A stretch of DNA of 44,924 bases, taken from positions 1 to 44,924 of the forward strand of contig JAUVJK010000002.1 of assembly GCA_030592425.1 (NCBI GenBank). The letters are read 5' to 3'. This stretch comes from Candidatus Moraniibacteriota bacterium (GTDB lineage: Bacteria; Patescibacteriota; Minisyncoccia; Moranbacterales; GCA-2747515). Below the pieces are notes generated by a model. That model was not told the origin of the DNA. It made no database searches and saw only the letters and a program-made list of their open reading frames with translations. Shown piece by piece: positions 1 to 5,236 of this stretch; positions within the stretch are counted from its first letter, which is position 1, and each line of letters opens with the position of its first letter. The position numbers were made by a program, and so were the translations under genes.

Positions 1-414
1 GTACGTGTCCATCGTAAGATCAAGGAAGGTGAAAAAGAGCGTATTCAAATCTTTGAAGGCATGATCATTGCAGTTAAAGGTGGTCAAAGCAGTTCCCCAA
101 TGATCACTGTGCGCAAAGTTTCCAATGGAACAGGCGTTGAGATCGTTGTCCCTGTCTATTCTCCAGCAATTGAAAAAGTAGAACTCATAAAACGTGCAAA
201 AGTCCGTCGCGCAAAACTCTATTACATTCGTGAAAAGGCAGCAAAAGCACTTCGATTCAAGTTCAAGGATATGAGGGGTGAAGCAACTACATCAGAGAGT
301 AGTACCACAAAAAAGGAAGCCGAAAAAACTCTTAGCGATACTTCTACTGAAGATGTTCTCAAAGAAGAGGAAGTTCCTACAGAAGAGGTCTCAAAAGCAG
401 AGGCTAAAGCATAA
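1..414 (+). CDS. rplS: 50S ribosomal protein L19, 5'-truncated by the window edge
   Basis: Frame 1 is open from nt 1 (VRVHRKIKEGEKERIQIFEGMIIAVKGG..VRKVSNGTGVEIVVPVYSP..KVELIKRAKVRRAKLYYIR), which is the typical L19 core. TAA at 412-414. The last ~50 aa form an acidic, Ser/Thr/Glu-rich tail. Confidence 0.9.
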   Translation, partial: VRVHRKIKEGEKERIQIFEGMIIAVKGGQSSSPMITVRKVSNGTGVEIVVPVYSPAIEKVELIKRAKVRRAKLYYIREKAAKALRFKFKDMRGEATTSESSTTKKEAEKTLSDTSTEDVLKEEEVPTEEVSKAEAKA

Positions 415-423
415 ATTTTCTTT

Positions 424-447
424 AAACGGGCTCTTGCCCGTTTTTTG
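424..447 (+). terminator. Rho-independent terminator after rplS
   Basis: AACGGGC-TCTT-GCCCGTT hairpin followed by a T-run. Confidence 0.75.
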
Positions 448-504
448 TTTTCGTGATATTTACAAAAGAGCAAAAAGCCTCTATGATAGATAAGTCGTCA
501 ATTT

Positions 505-587
505 GCCCAGGTGATGGAATTGGTATACATGCTAGGTTGAGGGCCTAGGCTCTCCGGAGCGTGCGGGTTCGAGTCCCGCCCTGGGCA
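505..587 (+). tRNA. trnL: tRNA-Leu (anticodon GAG), class II long variable arm
   Basis: Cloverleaf by hand: acceptor GCCCAGG/CCTGGGC, anticodon arm CTAGG-TTGAGGG-CCTAG, variable hairpin GCTC-TCCG-GAGC, T arm GCGGG-TTCGAGT-CCCGC. No encoded CCA. Confidence 0.9.
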
Positions 588-773
588 CATACAGCTACAT
601 GAAAGATATTGACGTTCGCTTCTATTCACTGTATCTTTGATATAAAGTTTGCATTACAAGTTATTAGGCAGGCATGCTTAGCTCCCGCCAATGGGAAAGG
701 CGGGCAGGTTGTGGTCAAGGAGAATGATATCGATTTAATAACAGATTAGTTTTAAAATAAGTAGTTATATTAT

Positions 774-847
774 GCACGCTTAGCTCAGTTGGTTAGAGCA
801 TCTCGTTTACACCGAGAGGGTCGGGAGTTCGAGTCTCTCAGCGTGCA
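774..847 (+). tRNA. trnV: tRNA-Val (anticodon TAC)
   Basis: Acceptor GCACGCT/AGCGTGC, D arm GCTC..GAGC, anticodon arm TCTCG-TTTACAC-CGAGA, T arm GGGAG-TTCGAGT-CTCTC. Confidence 0.9.
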
Positions 848-859
848 CACAATGAAAAT

Positions 860-899
860 GCCGAGGTAAACTCCGCCTAGTGGTGGATGATTAGCAATA
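860..899 (+). pseudogene. Decayed 5' portion of a tRNA-Phe gene
   Basis: GCCGAGGTA (860-868) is identical to nt 1-9 of the intact tRNA-Phe 66 nt downstream. It is followed by ..CTC..AGTGGT.GA..AGCAA, which matches D-arm blocks with indels. Confidence 0.55.
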
Positions 900-909
900 T
901 AACCTTCAA

Positions 910-1007
910 CAATTTCTTGTCCTAAGCCGAGGTAGCTCAGTGGTAGAGCAAAGGACTGAAAATCCTTGTGTCGAGAGTTCAATTCTCTCCCTCGGCACAA
1001 GAAATTG
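910..1007. repeat. 11-bp perfect inverted repeat bracketing the intact tRNA-Phe
   Basis: CAATTTCTTGT (910-920) is the reverse complement of ACAAGAAATTG (997-1007). The right arm starts at the discriminator base. Confidence 0.8.
926..997 (+). tRNA. trnF: tRNA-Phe (anticodon GAA)
   Basis: Acceptor GCCGAGG/CCTCGGC, D arm GCTC-AGTGGTA-GAGC, anticodon arm AAGGA-CTGAAAA-TCCTT, T arm GAGAG-TTCAATT-CTCTC. Confidence 0.9.
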
Positions 1008-1032
1008 TGACGGGAAATTCATTCCCTCGGCA
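1007..1032 (+). pseudogene. Decayed T-arm and 3' acceptor piece of a tRNA-Phe gene
   Basis: GTGACGGGAAATTCATTCCCTCGGCA aligns with GTCGAGAGTTCAATTCTCTCCCTCGGCA of the intact gene. The terminal 10-mer TCCCTCGGCA is identical. Confidence 0.55.
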
Positions 1033-1066
1033 TAACATTGTATAAAAAGAGAATTCCAATTTATCT

Positions 1067-1432
1067 GGGACCGTAGCTCAGCGGTTAGAGCGACCGGCTC
1101 GACAAGTTCATTCTAAATTGTGTTAAGAATTATGTAATTCAGTATGAATGTTCTTAGCAGGGCTGCCTGAAAAGTAATTTTCTGGTGAATATCTGTCAAA
1201 TTCGGGGAAATCTAAAATTTGATCGCATGATCAGATCAAGACAATCCCGAGCCAATCCATATATCCTACTGATGTGTGGCAGGTGTAGAGACTAGACGGC
1301 AGACACCCTTAATTCGTTCATCAAATGAAGGGTGAAGGGATAGTCCAGCTCACAAATTTGAAAAAAGTTGCGAAAGCAATAGTGAGACGCATAACCGGTT
1401 GGTCGCAGGTTCAAATCCTGCCGGTCCCACCA
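1067..1432 (+). tRNA. Intron-containing tRNA with CAT anticodon (elongator Met or lysidine-dependent Ile2); exons 1067-1099 and 1390-1432
   Basis: The joined exons give GGGACCGTAGCTCAGCGGTTAGAGCGACCGGCT|CATAACCGGTTGGTCGCAGGTTCAAATCCTGCCGGTCCCACCA, a perfect cloverleaf with loop CTCATAA. G1-C72 and the absence of a GGG/CCC anticodon stem argue against an initiator. CCA is encoded. Confidence 0.85.
1100..1389 (+). ncRNA. Group I intron (IC3-like) in the tRNA anticodon loop, no ORF
   Basis: Follows U1099 and ends in G1389. Core blocks are GTCAAATTCGGGGAAATCTAA (1195-1215), CCCGAGCCAATCC (1246-1258) and GGTGTAGAGACTAGACGGCA (1282-1301). GNRA-capped hairpin at 1166-1185. A GGCT guide at 1161-1164 can pair with exon GGCU. 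Confidence 0.85.
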
Positions 1433-1486
1433 CAATCGCTCTCGAGCGACGTGGCGAGCCACAAATAGCACATCCATCTCGTTAAT

Positions 1487-1511
1487 GCAGGCGCGCCTGC
1501 CTAAATTTTTT
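1487..1511 (+). terminator. Terminator-like GC palindrome plus T-run inside the tRNA cluster
   Basis: GCAGGCG/CGCCTGC palindrome followed by CTAAATTTTTT. Confidence 0.35.
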
Positions 1512-1535
1512 ATTGAAGATAAAAAACTTTGGCAG

Positions 1536-1607
1536 GCGAGTGTCGTATAGTGGTTATTACACCACCTTGCCAAGGTAGAAACGGCGGTTCGATTCCGCTC
1601 ACTCGCT
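1536..1607 (+). tRNA. trnG: tRNA-Gly (anticodon GCC)
   Basis: Acceptor GCGAGTG/CACTCGC, anticodon loop TTGCCAA, T arm GGCGG-TTCGATT-CCGCT, discriminator T. One C:A mismatch in the anticodon stem and one T:T in the D stem. Confidence 0.8.
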
Positions 1608-1616
1608 CAGTTTAAA

Positions 1617-1641
1617 AACATCCCCTACTGGGGTGTTTTTT
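1617..1641 (+). terminator. Rho-independent terminator ending the tRNA cluster
   Basis: AACA(T)CCCC-TACT-GGGGTGTT hairpin with one bulge, then TTTTT. Confidence 0.6.
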
Positions 1642-1717
1642 ATTTGTGAAAATAATACGAAACATTTATACTAAATAAAGGGTACTACTAAATGTAACCA
1701 TTTATCAGATTAAAATA

Positions 1718-2923
1718 ATGCGTAATTTCCTTCGTAGAAATAAAATTCCGATTGCAATCTACAGTATTGGAGCGATTTTTGTTGTGCTTATTTTACTATT
1801 TATCCGACCAATTGAACCAACTCCCTCTGGTGCAGATCTTACAATTAAACATACATCCCCATTTGCTGATGCTGGACTGAGAAAATTACCAGACGCGCCT
1901 CACCAATCGCTACCTATTGCACAGCTCCCTGCCCCCGACATGGAGCGTATAAAAAGTGAGGGATGCATCGCAGATGGACTTCTTTCTGGTTATAATCGTA
2001 CCAGTAAGGATCTTAAAGTCATTAATAATTCTGAGTGTTATTACCTTCACCGCGCTCTCGAAACATGGCTTGATGCACCGGATTTTGAAAAGGCACGAAT
2101 GATCAAAGGAAAGATCACAAAGAGTAACATGATCTATGGTATGTTCATTGCAGAGGCAATCAATAAAAAAACAAAATATCACTATGAAGAAGAAGGTCGG
2201 CAGTTTAATTTTGCAGAAATGTGCCGAAAAGGAAGTAAAAATTTTTGGGGTGAACATACCTGCAAGCCATCCTTTGAAGAAAAGGAGTATCGTGCATATC
2301 TTAAACAGATCACAGAGGATGCAATGGATATAGGTATCCAAGTATTCATGTTTGGACAAATTTATCTACAAGACGCAGACGATCTTGATGACACTTATGC
2401 GCCAGAGATCATTGAAGAAATGCACAAATATGCAGATGAGAATAATATCAAGATCATCATTGGAGCTCAAACAAATGACATTGAAGAGGAAGAATATTTA
2501 CGTCTCTTTGATTTCATCGAGGGCGGTACAGGACTCTCACCTAGCGGTGCTATTGAGAATAATGCCTGCTATTCTCGCTGGTACAAAAAAGAAGGCGATT
2601 GGTGCTGGGCACTCTTGTGGCATGAACAGTTCGCATCCAAAGCAAATAACGTTTTAATTCATCTTGATTGGAGTGGTCGCATTGGTGATGATATGAGTAC
2701 ATTCACACGCATGGATGAAGATCTGCGCCACCAAACACTTTCAGATCTCCATAGTAAATTCACCAATGACAATATTGGGTTCCTTTTCCCACTTCTTACA
2801 CCGCTACATAAAGAAAATAATGGCTGTCATGGACCACGAAAAAGTTTTTATTCACCACACATGAAATATGAATGCAAAGATCTCGACACAATCAATCAGA
2901 TCCTCTCTCAGACAGATGAATAG
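1718..2923 (+). CDS. Hypothetical membrane-anchored or secreted Cys-containing protein (401 aa)
   Basis: Long ORF with an N-terminal hydrophobic segment (IPIAIYSIGAIFVVLILLFI) and 8 Cys in the predicted extracytoplasmic part. I recognise no family motif. Confidence 0.7.
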   Translation: MRNFLRRNKIPIAIYSIGAIFVVLILLFIRPIEPTPSGADLTIKHTSPFADAGLRKLPDAPHQSLPIAQLPAPDMERIKSEGCIADGLLSGYNRTSKDLKVINNSECYYLHRALETWLDAPDFEKARMIKGKITKSNMIYGMFIAEAINKKTKYHYEEEGRQFNFAEMCRKGSKNFWGEHTCKPSFEEKEYRAYLKQITEDAMDIGIQVFMFGQIYLQDADDLDDTYAPEIIEEMHKYADENNIKIIIGAQTNDIEEEEYLRLFDFIEGGTGLSPSGAIENNACYSRWYKKEGDWCWALLWHEQFASKANNVLIHLDWSGRIGDDMSTFTRMDEDLRHQTLSDLHSKFTNDNIGFLFPLLTPLHKENNGCHGPRKSFYSPHMKYECKDLDTINQILSQTDE

Positions 2924-2983
2924 CAGTATGATATACTATCATAATAAGTGTATAAACTTTTTTAATGAATTAACTATTATTTT

Positions 2984-3613
2984 ATGAATAAGAATTTTAT
3001 CATTGGCGGTGTAATTATCTTTGTATTATTTGTTATTGGACTGATCTGGCTGGCAAGTCAGGATGTAAATCAGACAAGCGAAGAAGCTGATGTGCTTAGA
3101 AATACATTTGTACAATACGCGCAAGAACTCAGTCTTGACACAGAGAAATTCCTCTCAGATTACAATAGTGCGGATATTACAGCGCGTGTAGAGGCAGATA
3201 CGAATGTTGCAAATACCCTTGGTGTCAATGCAACGCCAACGTTAATGATTGATGACAAGAAACTACAATATAATACATATGATGACATTAAAAAGCTTAT
3301 TGATGCAAAAATTGCGCAAGATTCAATTCAAGAGATTACAGACCCAGCCCATACGAAGGGTTCAGATACTCCAAAGGTACTTATAGTTGAATTTAGTGAT
3401 TTTCAGTGTCCAGCATGCGCTACCTTTACACCTTTTGTTTCACAGATCATTGCTGATTATCCAAATGACGTTGCTGTTCATTATCGTCATTTCCCCCTTC
3501 CGATGCACCCTTTTGCTGATGAAGCAGCGCAAGCAGCTGAAGCTGCAGCAGAACAAGGAAAATTTTGGGAGATGCACGATCTCCTCTTTGACCGCCAAAA
3601 CGATTGGAGTTAG
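2984..3613 (+). CDS. DsbA/BdbD-like thiol:disulfide oxidoreductase with circularly permuted module order
   Basis: N-terminal TM helix. CxxC site in VLIVEFSDFQCPACATF. The ..LGVNATPTLMIDDKKL.. (cis-Pro loop) block precedes the CxxC block instead of following it. Confidence 0.75.
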   Translation: MNKNFIIGGVIIFVLFVIGLIWLASQDVNQTSEEADVLRNTFVQYAQELSLDTEKFLSDYNSADITARVEADTNVANTLGVNATPTLMIDDKKLQYNTYDDIKKLIDAKIAQDSIQEITDPAHTKGSDTPKVLIVEFSDFQCPACATFTPFVSQIIADYPNDVAVHYRHFPLPMHPFADEAAQAAEAAAEQGKFWEMHDLLFDRQNDWS

Positions 3614-3754
3614 GTACGGTCATAAAGTTTGTAAAGTCGAAAGTCTCTAAAGACACAACAAAATCACATAATCCAAGTAGTCCAAGAAATAAGCTGTTTA
3701 AGAGCTCCAAATCAAGAACTGTGCCTTATTTTAGGGCTTTTCCTATGCATTCCC

Positions 3755-3783
3755 TTGACAATTTGTGCTATATATGCTAGTAT
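3755..3783 (+). promoter_or_regulatory. Sigma70-like promoter TTGACA-17-TAGTAT
   Basis: TTGACA 3755-3760 and TAGTAT 3778-3783. Followed by a weak hairpin plus T-run (GGCCAATAAGGCTGTTTTTT). Confidence 0.35.
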
Positions 3784-3812
3784 TCTCCGTTGGCCAATAA
3801 GGCTGTTTTTTA

Positions 3813-3840
3813 TTGACTGCCCTTTGGACAATTATACAAT
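3813..3840 (+). promoter_or_regulatory. Sigma70-like promoter TTGACT-16-TACAAT upstream of the 3D-domain gene
   Basis: TTGACT 3813-3818 and TACAAT 3835-3840, about 90 nt before ATG 3929. Confidence 0.45.
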
Positions 3841-3928
3841 TCTCTCAATAATTGCGTAATGCCAACCATGTTTAGTACGAGAAAAGATTTCGAAGTATCG
3901 TACGCATGCTAAAGATTATTACCGCGTA

Positions 3929-4465
3929 ATGCGGATATCATTAATACTATTCCTCCTAGCTGTGGTTGTGATCTTCTGGGTTCAAACAGCTAGTGCTAGC
4001 GCAAATGAAAAAAACTACCAGTACGATAAAACTATATTACTCACAAAAAATACACAGATCCCTTCCTATTTTGCTTATGCGCAATATGAAGTCTCAGAAA
4101 AAACACTCCTTACAAAAATAATCCCCCAAGATACATATCTCCAGAAAGAAGAAATTAAAGAAGAAGCTGTATCTACTCAAAATTCATTTACAATTAACGC
4201 ATCCGCTTATACAGCATCTGCTGATGAATGTGGCAATAGTAAAGGTATCACTGCTTCTGGTGAACTAGTTCGTGCCAATTATACACTCGCATGTCCTCCA
4301 CAATATGCATTTGGCACACAAATCGAAATTGAAGGATATGGGACATTCACATGTAAAGATCGTGGTGGCGCAATAAAAAATAACCACTTTGATATTTATA
4401 TGGAAACAAAGGCCGAAGCATTTGCATTTGGACGACGCATGCTCACAGCATACGTTGTTAGCTAG
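3929..4465 (+). CDS. Secreted 3D-domain (MltA/YabE-type) cell-wall-binding or lytic protein
   Basis: Signal peptide MRISLILFLLAVVVIFWVQTASA. C-terminal ASAYTASADECGNSKGITASGE...CKDRGGAIKNNHFDIY matches the 3D domain pattern. Confidence 0.8.
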   Translation: MRISLILFLLAVVVIFWVQTASASANEKNYQYDKTILLTKNTQIPSYFAYAQYEVSEKTLLTKIIPQDTYLQKEEIKEEAVSTQNSFTINASAYTASADECGNSKGITASGELVRANYTLACPPQYAFGTQIEIEGYGTFTCKDRGGAIKNNHFDIYMETKAEAFAFGRRMLTAYVVS

Positions 4466-4469
4466 CACA

Positions 4470-4499
4470 AAAAACACTTCCCGTATGGGAAGTGTTTTT
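4470..4499. terminator. Bidirectional terminator hairpin
   Basis: AAAAA-CACTTCCC-GTAT-GGGAAGTG-TTTTT, between the + strand 3D gene and the - strand tRNA operon. Confidence 0.8.
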
Positions 4500-4504
4500 A
4501 TATG

Positions 4505-4589
4505 TGCCGCGGGTGGGACTCGAACCCACACGACGTTGTGCGTCAAGAGATTTTAAGTCTCTCGTGTCTACCAGTTCCACCACCGCGGC
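4505..4589 (-). tRNA. trnL: tRNA-Leu (anticodon TAA)
   Basis: Minus strand GCCGCGGTGGTGGAACTGGTAGACACGAGAGACTTAAAATCTCT...GTGGGTTCGAGTCCCACCCGCGGCA, with a long variable arm. Confidence 0.9.
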
Positions 4590-4613
4590 ATGTATTGCGT
4601 AAAATGAATATTG

Positions 4614-4684
4614 AGATCCGGAGCGGATTTGAACCGCTGTACAGGGTTTTGCAGACCCTTGCCTAACCGCTCGGCCACCGGACC
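4614..4684 (-). tRNA. trnC: tRNA-Cys (anticodon GCA)
   Basis: Minus strand GGTCCGGTGGCCGAGCGGTTAGGCAAGGGTCTGCAAAACCCTGTACAGCGGTTCAAATCCGCTCCGGATCT. The discriminator is U73, as expected for Cys. Confidence 0.9.
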
Positions 4685-4689
4685 ATAAT

Positions 4690-4935
4690 TCAATACTTCA
4701 ATCTTTTTAATACCATTTCTTTTTGCTGAGAATTCTTTTTTATTGCCATCTCTCTTGAGCGTGCCTGTGCTAATGTCGTATATGCTTCATAATATAAAAG
4801 ATCAAAAGGCTTATAGGGCTTTGTTGACTTTACCGTACCAGCGATATGCATACTGAATCGCTGTTGTAAATCTGATGTTGATCCAACATAAACCCAATTA
4901 CTACTTCTACTTTTTAGAAAATATACGTAATACAT
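4690..4935 (-). CDS. Stand-alone GIY-YIG domain protein (UPF0213/YhbQ-like), 81 aa
   Basis: MYYVYFLKS..NWVYVGSTSDLQQRFSMH..LLYYE..REMAIKK fits the GIY / YIG / R / E pattern. I prefer ATG 4935 (GGGAGG 13 nt upstream) over the track start at 4992, which lies inside tRNA-like sequence. The TGA stop is 5 nt before tRNA-Cys. Confidence 0.8.
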   Translation of the reverse strand: MYYVYFLKSRSSNWVYVGSTSDLQQRFSMHIAGTVKSTKPYKPFDLLYYEAYTTLAQARSREMAIKKNSQQKEMVLKRLKY

Positions 4936-4970
4936 ATAATTTGTTTTGCCTCCCTGTGGGAGATCACCCG

Positions 4971-5058
4971 AAGGGTGACAGACCCTTGACACGTCGTTCG
5001 CGAATCACGTGTATTGCCTAGCCGCTCCTCCCTACGGGAGACAGGCGGCCACCGGACC
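4971..5058 (-). pseudogene. tRNA-Cys-like 5' half with two hairpin insertions and no T arm
   Basis: The minus strand keeps GGTCCGGTGGCCG (13/13), AGCGGCTAGGCAA (12/13) and AGGGT-CTGTC-ACCCT in tRNA-Cys order. These are interrupted by CCTGTCTCCCGTAGGGAGG and ACACGTGATTCGCGAACGACGTGT. Confidence 0.7.
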
Positions 5059-5079
5059 ATCTTTATCACTACAAGATTT

Positions 5080-5108
5080 AGATTATCAAAATAGAGTCCT
5101 TACGTCAA
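5080..5108 (-). promoter_or_regulatory. Sigma70-like promoter TTGACG-17-TAATCT for the tRNA-like leader / GIY-YIG / tRNA-Cys / tRNA-Leu unit
   Basis: On the minus strand: TTGACG (5108-5103) and TAATCT (5085-5080), about 20 nt before the tRNA-like 5' end. Confidence 0.5.
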
Positions 5109-5236
5109 TCGCGACCATTGCTCATATACTCGTTTTATGCTAAAGTTTACGTGTCCTGACATGACTGATATTTATAGAAGTGCTGTATCATCACTCTTTT
5201 TGTACCTCAACAATTAAACATCAATAGGAGATTCAA

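Noticed and set aside
664-720. Hairpin CCCGCC-AATGGGAAA-GGCGGG with CATGCT/TCCCGCC similarity to the upstream tRNA-Leu(GAG); possible third tRNA remnant or small RNA
   Set aside because: Only 6- and 7-mers are shared, with no ordered cloverleaf blocks, so the evidence is too weak to call. It would be worth including in a covariance-model scan.
1444-1453. Exact 10-mer GAGCGACGTG shared with 27310-27319
   Set aside because: Many identical 10-mer pairs are expected by chance in 45 kb. I mention it only as a possible partial copy within the hairpin-family finding.
785-1573. Track ORFs 785-1000 (-) and 1292-1573 (-), 71 and 93 aa
   Set aside because: They run antisense through tRNA-Val/tRNA-Phe and through the group I intron/tRNA-Gly. 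Their sequences are just the complements of structured RNA, so they are spurious.
3614-3928. Looked for a leftover C-terminal DsbA fragment downstream of the permuted dsbA-like stop
   Set aside because: In-frame read-through hits TAA after three codons, and I saw no DsbA-like peptide in the other frames.
4936-4992. N-terminal 19 codons of the track ORF 4690-4992 (MSRVCHPSGDLPQGGKTNY)
   Set aside because: This segment is the tRNA-Cys-like anticodon stem and the SD hairpin read as protein. The GIY-YIG homology begins at the internal ATG 4935, which has a GGGAGG upstream.
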